The position numbers and the translations under genes were made by a program. Source: Octopus vulgaris (Eukaryota). From it: 64,000 nt of DNA. Where the stretch lies: the NCBI GenBank assembly GCA_951406725.2, contig OX597831.1:24366001-24430000 (forward strand), read 5' to 3'. Below, in pieces: positions 1 through 13,202 of the stretch. The notes below the pieces were generated by a model. The model ran no database searches. It saw only the letters and a program-made list of their open reading frames with translations, and was not told the DNA's origin. Every line of letters begins with the position of its first letter. The stretch's first letter is position 1.

Positions 1-200
1 CATTGTCAGCATGCCACGCAAAATGCTTAGAAGCATTTTGTCTGTTGTCACATTCTGAGTTCAAATTTTCCCAAGAGTGACTTTGCCTTTCTTCTTATTT
101 GTGATCGATAAAATAAGTACCAGTAAAACATTGGGGTCAGTATAATCAAATTACACCCCAACCTCCCAACTTGCTGGCCTTGTCTCAAAATTTCAAACCA
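1..200 (+). mobile_element. tRNA-derived SINE family A, 5' end cut by window
   Basis: B-box-like TTCTGAGTTCAAAT, then ACTTTGCCTTTC...GATCGATAAAATAAGTACCAG core shared with many copies in the window. Confidence 0.8.
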
Positions 201-207
201 ATATGTA

Positions 208-772
208 TTGGGTTGTTCGGAAAGTTCGTGCCAATTTATAGTAGCTTACATTTTGACTTATTTTAGAACATGGTTGAGTCCATAAAATAGGATTTGACTA
301 CACCTCCATTTAGAGCACAGTTTAAGCTATCTTTTCGTGGAAGAAGGTTTATGTTCCTATAACCTGTGTTAATTCTGTAACCCTTTAAAATGCAAGATAA
401 GAAAGTTCATATTTGGCACTTGATGCTTTGGGAAACAGACAAAATTGCTGCAGCTCGGCTGGGATGTGTTACCCTAATCTCCATATTCACCAGATATTGC
501 TCCTTCGGATTTCCACTTATTCAGGTCTCTGCAGAATAGTCTTAATGGTAAAAATTTCAATTCCTTGGCTGACGTAAAAAGATACCTTGATGAATTCTTT
601 GCCATGAAACTACCTCAATTCTGGGAAAAGGGCATTTTCAAGTTAAAAGAAAGATGGAGACGCATTGTGCAACAAAATGGTTCATATTTGGTTGTTTATA
701 AATTAAATGGCAAGTATTTATTGATCTTTTTTTTTCCTTTAAAAATCGGCACAAAATTTCCGGACAAACCAA
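208..772 (+). mobile_element. Internally deleted mariner element with transposase C-terminus
   Basis: ~30-bp TIRs TTGGGTTGTTCGGAAAGTTCGTGCCAATTT / AAATCGGCACAAAATTTCCGGACAAACCAA flanked by TA; encodes YSPDIAPSDFHLFRSLQ...KLKERW mariner motifs. Confidence 0.92.
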
Positions 773-914
773 TACATATTTTCCTTATTCTCATCCAAAC
801 CTATATACCTTCATTCACACACGCACGCACACATATAAACGTGTGTGCACATGCATACACACACACACACACATTAGCTACCCAGTCATAGAGCCAGCAT
901 AGTAATTACAGTGA

Positions 915-1075
915 ATACTTCAACAATATATATGTGCATATACATCAATGAAACAATTTTAATATATGCATACATCAATGAGACAGTTTTAATATTTGTA
1001 TACATAAATGAGACAATTTTCATTTATGTATACATCAATAAGATAATTTTAATAAATATATTAATCAATGAGACA
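915..1075. repeat. Degenerate ~30-bp minisatellite (about 5 units)
   Basis: Recurrent ATACATCAATGAGACAATTTT unit. Confidence 0.7.
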
Positions 1076-1352
1076 TCATCCGGTTATACTGCCCTGCTTA
1101 GATGGTTATTTTATATCATGTTGTATATAAACTATTCTATATTCTAGAAGCTTCTGTCTAAGTCACTTCAATACTTACATTTTGGAATCAAAATTCTACT
1201 CCTTATAATTTTAAAATGACTGCATTAACGGACAAAGAATTACGAAAATATTGATCTTTGCTATTGTTTAGCCTGTCCTAATTAAGCAGACCTTATGATG
1301 AAGGCACTTTGATTGTGGTCATCCTTTCAATTTGTGCATAATAAATAACAAA

Positions 1353-1599
1353 TGCACCCTTTTAAAGCCTAGCCAGGCTCATGGGCCCGGTTTCCTGGTT
1401 TCTATGGCGTATGTGTTCCCCAGTGGGACGGGATGCCAGTCCATTGCAGCATTACTCATTTTTGCCAGCTGAGTGAACTGGAGCAATATGAAATGAAGTG
1501 TTTTGCTCAAGAACACAACGCATCGCCCAGTCCAGGAATCGAAACCACAATCTTACGATCTTAGTGCTGACACCCTAACCACTAAGCCACGCACCTCCA
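1353..1599 (-). mobile_element. tRNA-derived SINE family C
   Basis: Reverse complement of the GGAGGCGCGTGGCTTAGTGGTTAGGGTG head with GGTTTCGATTCC B-box; other copies at 5092, 10211, 25519. Confidence 0.85.
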
Positions 1600-2337
1600 C
1601 CAATTTGTATATAAGAGGTAAAAAATAGATGATTTTGATTTACACATTTAATTATAGAGACCAAATTTTTTTCACACAGGTGAATGCTAATGTATTATAT
1701 GCTCTGCCTTCCTCTTCTAACAAAACCAAAAAACCCGTAAAGCTCTTTTCATATACGACTACTAAACATTGGCCATCTACAAAGTTTACTGTTTTCCTTT
1801 GTGGTTCCAAAGCTCAAGGTACCTTCTGACTTTCAATGATAATCTGGCAGCTTATTTTTATTTCCATTTTTATTTTTGCATTTTCTTTGACTGTATCGAC
1901 TTCACATCTTTTATTCACAAACACTTCATAGAAATGTTAGTTTCTGAAATCACGTTTTGGCCACGATACACACCAGTATTCCAGACCCCACAAAGCTAGG
2001 CTTTGAAGATATTTACTTCGAATTTTATTGAGCAGGGCTTGAACTGTAGGTGAAACAACCAGCTGGAGCTGTCATGCTGCCACACATGCATGCAAACACA
2101 CATGCACACACACACACACAAACACACACGCATGCACACACACTGGAGTCACTTATGTGACAAAGCTGGAAGTTCAGTCTCACCAAACCTTTGAAGTCCA
2201 TATACCCTACTTTGATTTAGCAATCAAACTTAGTTCTCTAGCTCCAGCATCAGTGATGATGTGTGATAACAACGAGGCAGAAAACTTCCTACAAATAGCA
2301 GCCAAATTATCCCATAAATCACCTGTTGCTATCTTAA

Positions 2338-2556
2338 CCCTTTAGTGTTCAGATTATTCAATCAAACATAATGCTTATTGATTCCCATTGATTTGAATTA
2401 ATCATGCATTATCTCATATCTTCAAGATCTTGATGGTGTAATTACTTAATGTAGAATAACATTGTAGGGTAGGTGTGAGGGCCTGGATCTGGTCAGTTTG
2501 AACATAAAACAGATTAACTATTTTGGCTGGATATGTCCGGTTTAAATACTAAAGGG
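2338..2556. mobile_element. piggyBac-type MITE
   Basis: TTAA|CCCTTTAG ... CTAAAGGG|TTAA termini; reverse copy near 60793-61017 and a fragment near 20005-20095. Confidence 0.8.
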
Positions 2557-2785
2557 TTAAATAACGCGGAACACCATGACACATTATCTAATGTGTCACG
2601 GTGTTCTGTGTGACAGACTTTTAGATATATTATAACTAAATACATTTATGTGAGTGTGTATGTATAAATACATAAAGATATGCATAAAAATTAAATAATG
2701 AGGGCAGAAATTAATATTATTAATTAATATTAATTTAAACCAGTGGCTAGCATACTTCAAAAATGTCTGAGGACTATGAATTATA

Positions 2786-3298
2786 TCTATATATATAAAA
2801 CTGTAGTTGTGTGAGTGTCTGTCCCCTTCGATTTAGATTCCTAACTACTCCCACATTTTGCGGTGCAGTTTAACCAAATTCGGATATCTAATAGTCGTGA
2901 TTCATATCGAGCCCGTCTGAGTATTAGCGTGCGTCTATGATGAGTCTACGATTTTAAAAATAATTTAAGATCATTTTTTATTCCATTTTAATGCATAATT
3001 TTTCGTGTTTCGATGGTGGTGGAGTTGGCGTCCATGGTCACAGCTGCACCTGTTTGCTTCTCCCCCTTCTTCCCTCCCTCGTGAAGCTGTGGGGAAGGGA
3101 GTGTAAGGAAATCAACGTCGTAAAGCGTTGTCAAGGAGACCAGCGTTCTTTTAGAACAACGACTTCATGGCTTGAAGACACCAAAACAGAAATGGCTAAG
3201 AAAGCCCGAATTAGCATCTATAAGGGAAGTAACTCTCTAAAAATGCTTATATAGTTATTTCCCTTACAAACCCGAGCAACGCCGGGCGATACTGCTAG
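2786..3298 (+). mobile_element. Non-autonomous Helitron, copy 1
   Basis: A|TC 5' end, subterminal GC hairpin CCCGAGCAACGCCGGG, CTAG|T 3' end, no TSD; same-length near-identical copy at 17207-17719. Confidence 0.85.
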
Positions 3299-3840
3299 TT
3301 ACATATAGAAATAAATGGAATTGCCACCAAGGTGGATTCCTAATATGTTAGAAGACATTAAATTGCCTTACCATGAAGAATATGTTCTCAGAAACTTTAG
3401 CAAACACCAGAATGTATGCAAGCAAGACAAATAAAAGGAGACATCCTCTCATCTATATAGAAATATATACACAGGGTGTGAAAGGTATTTGAGGACATAC
3501 TTTTTGGGGTCATTGATACATTTTTTGCTAAGTCTAAATAATCTTTGTTTCAGAAAATAATAATGGCAGACCCTTAGCTTACTCAAGAAATGAAGAGACA
3601 TGCTTTTATTGTGGTTATAAAGGCTGAGCATAGCGATTTAGAAATATCTTGATTTTTAAAAGTTGCCAGATCTTTTGTCTACAAAGTTTGAAAGGAGCTG
3701 GAGACTAAAGATGAAAATGTATCACCAGTATCAAAGCATAAAAAGCATTCTAAATGCTCTGAAATGCTCAAATATAGATGAAAATATGCAAACAAAATAA
3801 CTATACAATACAAAAACAAAATAAAGGCTATAAAACTCTG

Positions 3841-3874
<34 letters not shown>

Positions 3875-3980
3875 ATATATATAGGCAAAATTTTGTGGTC
3901 ATCACCTGAATACCTTTAAACAGAGATGTGTTGGATCAGATCTGAGCTGTAGCTTAACAGCCGTAACATTGCAACATATA

Positions 3981-4273
3981 CTCTTTCACTCTTTTACTTG
4001 TTTCAGCTATTTGACTGTGGCCATGCTGGAGTGCCACCTTAGTTGTCAAGCAATGCTGGGTGGACAAATGCAAATACACACACATACATATAGATATATC
4101 TGTATACATATATACGATGGGCTTCTTTCAGTTTCCGTCTACCAAATCCACTCACAAGGCTTTGGTCGGCCCAAGGCTATAGTAAGAGACACTTGCCCAA
4201 GGAGCCACGCAGTGGGACTGAACCCAGAACCATGTGGTTCGTAAGCAAGCTACTGACCACACAGCTACTCCTA
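3981..4273 (-). mobile_element. tRNA-derived SINE family B
   Basis: Reverse complement of the family head and CTTGGGCAAGTGTC core; more than 10 copies in the window. Confidence 0.85.
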
Positions 4274-4483
4274 TGACAATATTTATTTAATGAACCTATG
4301 AATCTGCATAAAAATCTGCAATCTTTTTGGTGAATAACTTGTGTGTTCACAGTTTTCAATGGATTTGACTTTTGCAGCCCAGTTAAACATTAAACGATGA
4401 TGACAATGATTTGATGGGCTTCTTCCCATTTCTGTCAACCAAATCCACTAACAAGGCTTTGATTAGGCCAAGGCTATAGTAGA

Positions 4484-4789
4484 CAGTGGCAGACTGGGTC
4501 TAAAAATATTGGTTGCCATGGAGACTTAGTCTCCTGGCAACCAAGGGTGCCTACTCACAACTACAATGCTTTCATTTAATTTTTTTTTTTTTTAAGTATT
4601 CTTTTCAACTGTCTGCAAACACAACCAAGCAGAAATAATTAATGCATTCTTCCAGGAGTGAATGAAAAATCCTCAAACTTGAGGGGATGGGCCCCTTAGA
4701 TACTAATATGGGCCCCCATATATGGATTCTAAAGGCGGAGTGGGCTCATTTGCCATTGGGCAGCTGGCAACCTGGCCAGTCCACCACAC
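4484..4789. mobile_element. hAT-like MITE nested in a SINE B copy
   Basis: CAGTGGCAGACTGG ... CCAGTCCACCAC imperfect TIRs; SINE B sequence resumes on both sides. Confidence 0.55.
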
Positions 4790-4869
4790 ACACATGCCCA
4801 AGGTGCCACACAGTGGAACTAAACTGGAAGCATGTGATTAGGATGCAAACTTCTTACATTTTTTGTTTT

Positions 4870-5297
4870 TGCCCTTTTCAACCCTAGACAGGCTCATGGG
4901 CCCAGTTTCTGTGGCGTATGTGTTCCCCTCAGCTGGATGGGACACCAGTCCATTACAGAAATGCACCCTTTTAAAGCCTAGCCAGGCTCATTGGCCTGGT
5001 TTCCCAGTTTCTGTGGCATATGTGTTCTTCCCAGCTGGATGGGACACCAGTCCATGACAGAAATGTGCCCTTTTAAAGCCTAGCTAGGCTCATGGGCCCG
5101 GTTTCCCGGTTTCTATGGCATATGTGTTCCCCCCAACTGGACAGGATGTCAGTCCATCGCAGCGTTACTCATTTTTGCCAGCTGAGTGGACTGGAGCAAT
5201 GTGAAATGAAGCGTTTTGCTGGAATGGTCCAGGAATCGAAACCACAATCTTACGATCATGATGCTGACACCCTAACCACTAAGCCACGCATTTCCAC
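4870..5297 (-). mobile_element. SINE C with tandemly triplicated ~85-bp 3' segment
   Basis: Three successive GCCCTTTT(A)AAGCCTAG.CAGGCTCATGGGCC...TGTGTTC units, then one SINE head. Confidence 0.8.
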
Positions 5298-6139
5298 AAA
5301 CTTCTTACTAAACAGCCACATTTATTTTTCACATTTCCCTTTTGTTATTCTCTTGTTAACAGTGAAGTCTTTAGGCATAATACCATCAACAAAATTAGAA
5401 GAAACGGTGTAAGGAACAACACAAGTCTGAGACTGGTTTGGGTAGGCAAAGAATCAGAAGCAACAAATTTGAGAAATGAAGAAGTTTTAGGGATTTGATA
5501 ATTTAAAAGAAAATTACATAAAAGTAAATGATAAATATTTAATCATATGATACATTATCTTTTATATTATTTGTGTATTGTTTTCATTTAAACTCAATTA
5601 CATTGAGCAATATGAAAGAGATAAAGATATAAATCTTTTCTATCATTTATACAAAGAAATAATGGACAAATTAAGCTTTTCCGCTGCATTTTATTTCGTT
5701 TTAATTTCTTTTTCTTTAATTTTTGTTTTGTAGATTTTATCATTCTAATAGAATTTAATGGAGAAAATGATGAATAAATGATGTTGGTTTTCTTTTGTTA
5801 TTTTGCCAAATAGAATTCTATCATTGAAGTCCATTGTTAAGACAAAAAAGAAAAGAAACGATCTCTCTAATAACTTTAATACAATTACTATCCTTATCCT
5901 CCTCATCATCATCATCGTCATCACATCGCCATCACTATCAGCATTATTGCAGTAAGATTTCTGAGTGTAGGTGCAAGGCCACAAATCTATGTGGGGATGA
6001 AAATAGCTGATTATTTGACCCTTGAAGGGAGGAAAAGCAAAGCCTGCAACAACTAAGACTAAGGGGATGTAACTAAATAACTAAACACTACAGTAGACTG
6101 ACTGTCACTTGGATAAGTCTGTAATTTCACTACTCATGT

Positions 6140-6440
<301 letters not shown>

Positions 6441-6630
6441 AGAGGGATTCATTGTAATTATGACATGAGTCCAAAGCCCCAATGCTAGACTGTTATTTCC
6501 TAAACTCCAAAGGGACAAGAAAGCAAAGATAACATTTCCAGGATTTTAATTCAACATGTAAGGAACAAGAATAAATGCTGCTATGCATTTTGTCCAACTC
6601 TAACACTTCTGTCAGTTTACCGTCTCAATA

Positions 6631-7260
6631 ATCATCATCATCATCATCATCATCGTTTAACGTCCGCTTTCCATGCTAGCATGGGTTGGACGGTTCAACT
6701 GGGGTCTGGCAAGCCCGAAGGCTGCACCAGGCCAGTCAGATCTGGCAGTGTTTCTACAGCTGGATGCCCTTCCTAACGCCAACCACTCCGAGAGTGTAGT
6801 GGGTGATTTTATGTGCCACCGACACAGGTGCCAGACGAGGCTGGCAGACGGCCACGCTTGGATGGTGTTTTTTATGTGCCACCGACACAGGTGCCAGACG
6901 AGGCTGGCAGACGGCCACGCTTGGATGGTGTTTTTTATGTGCCACCGACACAGGTGCCAGACGAGGCTGGCGAACGGCCACGCTCGGATGGTGTTTTCTT
7001 ATGTGTCACCGACACAGGTGCCAGACGAGGCTGGCAGAACGGCCACGCTCGGATGGTGTTTTCTTATGTGTCACCGACACAGGTGCCAGACGAGGCTGGC
7101 AGACGGCCACGCTTGGATGGTGTTTTTTATGTGCCACCGACACAGGTGCCAGACGAGGTTGGCAGACGGCCATGCTCGGATGGTGTTTTCTTATGTGTCA
7201 CCGACACAGGTGCCAGACGAGGCTGGCGAACGGCCACGCTCGGATGGTGTTTGTTACGTG
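6631..7260 (-). mobile_element. 3' end of RTE-related element with (GAT)n tail and seven ~63-bp tandem hairpin modules (6811-7258)
   Basis: CATCATCGTTTAACGTCCGCTTTCCATGCTAGCATGG terminus; the same family at 57705-58288 is joined to an RTE-like C-terminal peptide. Confidence 0.8.
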
Positions 7261-7472
7261 TTATAATGATAATAATTCTTTCTAGCATGTTGGAAGGAGG
7301 GTGAAGTGAAAGAGAAGGGAAAGTGAGAATGAAGAGAAAGCCAGGGAATGTGAGAAAGGGGGACGAAAGAAAGAAGAGTGAAAAGAGTGGGAAGGGGCTG
7401 ACAGAAAGAAAGATGAATAGCTGTCCACTTGTAACCGAGGAAGACCATCACTAACTATTAAGATTACTCAGA

Positions 7473-7826
7473 ATGGATGTGTTCAGTATGTCTCGCAGAT
7501 TTTTTTAATTAATTTTTGTTAACCAAACAGTTTGAAACTTTGTATACTGGTGGAATTTTTCACACAGAACACAGTTTATTCTGAACATTTTTGACTAAAT
7601 TTCGTATTTTAAAAGTTATTTCGTGTTAAAGTTGTATTTAGGTAATTTTAGCCAATCAATGACGTGTATTCAGTTGAAGAAAGCTGCTACTGTTTGCAAT
7701 AGAAATCGGAGAGGAACAACTAGGTTATTTCTACTGGTTGAGAAATTCCACCAGTATACGAAGTTTCAAATTGTTTAGTTAAAACAAATTAATTAAAAAA
7801 TCTGAGCCCAAACAGAATAGATCCCT
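7473..7826. mobile_element. MITE with ~85-bp terminal inverted repeats
   Basis: CAGATTTTTTTAATTAATTT...TATACTGGTGGAATTT is inverted against AAATTCCACCAGTATA...AATTAATTAAAAAATCTG; related half-element at 23733-23860. Confidence 0.75.
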
Positions 7827-7833
7827 TAGAATT

Positions 7834-7868
<35 letters not shown>

Positions 7869-8655
7869 GTAATAATAATAATAATAATAATAATATGAGG
7901 GAATACTTTTCCAAACTTACAGGGAAAAATTCAATTTAGAAATGCTAAATCAAATTTCACAAAATATAATATATATATATATAAATTAGAAGAAAAACAC
8001 CATTTATCAATTCAATAATGAAATATATATATATATGTGTGTGTGTGTATATATATATGACATGTTAATTGAATTAAACTCACAAAATAAATAAATTATT
8101 ATTCAAAAATGCATAATAATTATTTTAGATTGATTTTTAAAAGCACACATAGAACATATAGTGTAATCCAGTACACACATATAGATGAGAATCTACCTGC
8201 TTGATAAGTTTAAAATATCTCATAGCATGCCTATTGCTTTTTATTGGAACCATATGCACTCAAATCCACCTGTAAACACGTTTTGCTCAAGCCATCACAA
8301 AAAATAGCATCCAACTTCCTCTGTAAATTGCTTTTTTCTGATGTCATAAATAATGTATGTGATCTTTCTCACTAATACAAACTTCATAAAAGTTCAGTTA
8401 TGATATGAATCTGTTGCTCATTTGTAAAACTGTGAACTTCCTTTTAACCAAATGGAAAAGGGGTTTAGGTGTTTTGTTCTTGTGTTTTATATGCTTTTCG
8501 CTGTTGCCTTTCAACCTTGGGATTTTCTTTCTTTTTGCTATTCTTTTCTCTCTTCTCTAATGTCCATCTGCTCCTCATCATTGCAAGTGGGTGCAATGGC
8601 TCTGCTGTGAGTGAGAATTTTGTATCATCAGCTTCTTGGACTGTTGACCTGTAAA

Positions 8656-8948
8656 TCATTCCTGAAGCTTTGAGCAACTGTAGTGTTGGGACTTGCAGTT
8701 GTTGCTTGTTGTTGTTGTTAAGCAACAAGACGGGTAAGGGGAATTAGGTGATGGTCTAGGTGATGGTCTAGGGCTTAGGGGCGGGTGACCCCAGACCTTG
8801 GAAAACAAAAATCTTTGGTCGTCTTGTTGTAGTTGAGGGCTCTTTGTTGACGCCTGACACCACTGGGAGGTGGCCCTCGAAGTCGCTGGAAATGGAGATC
8901 TCCAGGTCCAAATTCTTCAACAGCTGCTGCTGTTGCTGCCAGTTCCAT
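8656..8948 (-). CDS. Candidate exon of an unidentified gene (57-aa ORF 8948-8775 and overlapping SPRPSPRPSP frame)
   Basis: Apparently unique, GC-elevated island; GCAATGG start context; 12-bp tandem duplication; no recognisable homology. Confidence 0.25.
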
Positions 8949-10210
8949 TGCTGTCTCTTCCTCTAATTTTCTATTTTCCCTCAGCAGAAAGCTCTTGAGC
9001 AGCTCTTATAGCCACGAGCATCACAACAGGGATTTCTGCTCTTCCCTACAAGCCTCATGGCTTTTCAATTCTGTAAAATGGGATACACCTCTGAAATTGT
9101 TCAGTGAACACATGTTTGTTTCAATAGCTTCAGTGCTTACCACTCGTCAGAGAAAACACCACACTACAAGGGTAACAGCAAGCTAAGAGTCAACTACATC
9201 ACTAATATTTTTCAGCATAACCCTTGTTCTTCACTGTCCTATGTATTATAGCAAGAGCTTCTCACCAGGTGTGTAAGTACTGGCTTGCTTCAGTCTGTCT
9301 CTATCTCCTCCATTTTCGAATACTACACATATTGACAAATTGTTGTATAGAATCTTGTTTGGCTGACACCAACAGAATGTTATTCCATTGACTACAGCTG
9401 CTCATGATTGCTTTTTCAAGAACTTAAGAAAAACCTCTACACAGAGAGACATTATTTTCTTTTTTCTTTCTTTCTTTCTTTTTTTTTTTGTTATTCTTCG
9501 ATAAGGAATGAGGTAGAGTCACACAGTAGAGTCAAATAAACTTTTTCTCTGCCAGTAGCTTCAGTTAAAAGAAGAAGGCCAGAAACACTTCCTTTCTCAG
9601 TTTGAACCCTCCATTCATTCCTTCACTTGAACAAAAGCGTATGTGTCTGTATATGTGTGTAGTAGTTGTTACTGTTGTTGTTTTGTCATTACTTGGGGCA
9701 GATAAATTGTTCAAAATTGCTATTTTCTGTCAGAAAGTCGTTATTTGTTTCTTGTGAAATAAAACTATTCCATTGGGAATTGGTTTTCTATTTCTCTTTG
9801 TCTATTTTGAGTAAAAAAGATGTTTGTTTTTGTTCAAATTGTTGTGCACAGTGGTGGGCGTTTTTAAATGATGTAACCATTTTGTTTGTAAGTGGCAGAA
9901 AAACTATCAAATCATTCAGGGAAGAATTAATGCAAACAATTTAATTCCTCCCTTGCTATTAACAATTTATACAGTAAAATTCTTTTTTTTTTTTCCATGT
10001 AATTTCATTTGATAAAAAGATACAGGTTCCATAGCTACCAGAGCCTGATGAAACACATCTGACTGTCTGAAAGACACAAGACCAGAAATATGGGTGGGAG
10101 AGGTGTTCAATTCAATCCTCCTCAGTACTTGATTGGGGACAAAAGAACTGAATATCTCTTCTCTGCTGATTTTTTATTCTATATACCAGAGAAAGACGAA
10201 ATACAAAGTT

Positions 10211-10467
10211 CTTCTTCTTGCACCCTCTTAAAGCCTAGCCAGGCTCATGGGCCTGGTTTCCCGGTTTCTGTGGCGTATGTGTTCCCCAGCTGGACAGGAT
10301 GCCTGTCTATCGCAGCATTAGTCATTTTTTGCCAGCTGAGTGGACTGGAGCAACGTGAAATGAAGTGTTTTGCTCAAGAACACAATGCGTCATCCGGTCC
10401 AGGAATCGAAACCACAATCTTACGATCAAGATGCTGACACCCTAACCACTAAGCCATGTGCCTCCAC
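10211..10467 (-). mobile_element. SINE C with 12-bp TSD
   Basis: AAATACAAAGTT at 10199-10210 and 10468-10479. Confidence 0.9.
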
Positions 10468-10729
10468 AAATACAAAGTTGATTTGATAAAATTTGATCCC
10501 CAAAAGTGATATAACTAAATACAATTGGCTTCATCCCACAATGATATTTATGTGATTCTGTGATGTTAATATGAGAAATGTTTAAAAAAATTTTATCATT
10601 GAGAAGCTGTGATAATTGTCATATCTATTGCAACTGTTACTAAGAACCATATCAGCTAATATTCCTATTGCTAAATATAAAAAGTGTTGAATTATAAATA
10701 AAGCAGATTATTTTATTTGAATACATTAG

Positions 10730-11045
10730 TGCAGCATGCCCAGCCCATTTAAGAGTACCCTTCAATCATTGAGCAATAAACTGCACTTGCAAAGACCTGT
10801 TGAGGACAGTGAAATCGTTGTCATGGCCAATAACAGTACCACCTGATTGGCACCTGTGCCGATGGCACATTGAAAGCACCATTTGAGCATGGTTGTTACC
10901 AGTGCCGCCTGACTGGATTCTGTACCAGAGGCATGTAAAAAGCACCATTCAAGCATGGTCGATGCCAGTGCTGCCTGACTGGCTCCTGTGCTGGTGGCAT
11001 GTAAAAAGCACCCACTACACCCTCGGAGTGGTTGGTGTTTGGAAG
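10730..11045 (+). mobile_element. RTE-related 3' UTR fragment
   Basis: GTAAAAAGCACC-delimited modules as in the other copies. Confidence 0.7.
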
Positions 11046-11221
11046 GTGCAGGAGTGGCTGTGTGGTAAGTAGCTTGCTTACCAACCACATGGTTCCAGGT
11101 TCGTTCCCACTGCCCAAAGCTATAGTAGAAGACATTTGCCCAAGGTGCCATGCAGTGGGACAGAACCTGGTACCATGTTGTTGGTAAGCAAGCTACTTAC
11201 CACACAGCCACTCCTACGCCT
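11046..11221. mobile_element. Two SINE B heads in inverted orientation (fold-back)
   Basis: AGGAGTGGCTGTGTGGTAAGTAGCTTGCTTACCAAC... followed by its reverse complement. Confidence 0.85.
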
Positions 11222-12569
11222 AAAATGTAAAGACAAACGGAATACAGATAAGCACTTCCCCCAGTGTGCTAACGTTTCTACCAGCTCGTCGACATTGTTG
11301 AGCATTCCATTTTATTTTTAGACAATATATTATCTCAGGCTATATAATCCAATATACTCTCCATTTTTTTTTTTTGAGATGGTTCAGTGTAATTTGAAGG
11401 AAATTTTTTAGTGCCTTAATCACAGGAAGAAGGGCAACACCTATGACCATTTTCAGACCCTTCAAGGCCAGTAGAAAAAAAAACGAAGTTATTTTCAAAA
11501 TGGAGAGTAGTAAAGCAGAGTGGATTCTAGTAAAGATACCCAAGGGCCAAACAGTAGCCTTCTAATAGATAAAACTTTTCACTTAAGTACAGGAACTGGC
11601 TTATAACTAGCTTGACTATTGACTGAATTCTATTTACTGAATTTCATTCGAAGTGATTTAGTAAACCCATACCTGTGGTAGAAGATAGCTGTCGAGAGTG
11701 GTTCACAGTGGGGTGGCTGTGGGGTGGCTGTGGGTATTGAACCTAAATCCATGACATCAAAAAGCAAGCCTCTTACACATAACTGTGCTTGCTCTTTCTG
11801 TCATGTAGAGTGACAGAGACCAGTGTATTTTCCTAGTTGGCTCAATGATTATTTCATAGGTTTTGAGAAATTCTAATTAAATTAAATTCATATTAACAAA
11901 AAAAAAAAATGATTTGTAATTTCTATCCCTACGTTAAATCTGACTTAAATTTCAAAATTCAGATATCGCATTTGCTTGTTTTAGAGAAACGAGAAGAAAA
12001 ATAAACAAGAAATTACTAGGGGTGCTTTTTTTTTTATTTATTTAACTTTAAATTTTTTTTTATCTACTCTTGTCGTCATGAATAAGATTCCATGAAAGCA
12101 CCAACCAACATAATATATATACATACATATATATATATATATACATGCACATAGACATACACACACATTCATATATACATGAAAAAATCATGCCTCCTTC
12201 CACCAGAAAAATTTAAAGCAGATGCAAAAAACAACAAAAGCTATAAAAAAGCAATAAAAAAAACTAAAAAAAAAAAACAGACATGCCACACAGAATTACA
12301 ACAAAATCAAACATGTCTTTCATTGAACTTTTAGACTGATGCGTTAAATGGAGAACATTCCGTTTTGTGTGTGTGTGTTTTTTTTTTTTAGTTCTTTTAT
12401 TTTATTTATTTATTTATTTATTCATATTTATAAACCTTGAACAAACCATATCTCTCAGCAAACAGAGACACTGATATAATAGCTTAGAGATTTCAACAGG
12501 AGTCTATGGAAATTTTGTGGTATAGAAATCTATCGTTACTATTATTAATTTTTTTTTTTTCTATATTGC

Positions 12570-12635
<66 letters not shown>

Positions 12636-12737
12636 CTTTATCATTATTGTTGTTGTTTATTTGTTTGTTCTTTTTTTTTTTATTCTTAGTTTTTTTTTTG
12701 TTTTTTTTTAATATTTTGTAACCGTTTTGCTCGACAG

Positions 12738-12763
12738 ATAAACACTTCACTGAAGATGAATAA
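12738..12763 (+). CDS. Possible short terminal coding exon (xKHFTEDE-stop)
   Basis: Long T-rich tract then CTCGACAG acceptor; phase-1 frame ends in TAA overlapping AATAAA. Confidence 0.15.
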
Positions 12764-12979
12764 ATAAATATTTGGTTCTATGAATACCTTGACTTCATTA
12801 AAAATATCTAGAAATTTCTCTCCAGAAAAATGGACAGCTTTAGCAGACAGGCAGGCAGACATGCATGCAGACATTCCTTTTGAAAGAGTTTCAAAAATAA
12901 ATGCTCACATAAAATTGGTGTATACAAATATATATACATGTACATGTGTGTTTATACCTTTCCATGTGTCTGTGCATCT

Positions 12980-13031
12980 ATGTGTATATATATATATTTA
13001 TATTTATGCATATGTATATACATTTATACAT

Positions 13032-13096
<65 letters not shown>

Positions 13097-13136
13097 TGTA
13101 TAAATATATGCATATATACATACATATATGTACATA

Positions 13137-13202
<66 letters not shown>

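Noticed and set aside
1680-1818. Plus-strand exon or ratchet point CACAG|GTGAAT ... CAAG|GTACCT
   Set aside because: Weak donors and no recognisable peptide; compatible with chance
6811-6873. Superficial similarity of the minus-strand module (CCAGCCUCGUCUGGC...) to the HDV ribozyme
   Set aside because: I could not form the required P1, P2 and P1.1 pairings by eye
6811-7258. CRISPR-like array
   Set aside because: Whole units repeat with no unique spacers, there are no cas genes, and the context is a eukaryotic retroelement
10044-10075. CTGATGA...GAAA hammerhead core
   Set aside because: No convincing stem I/III or cleavage triplet
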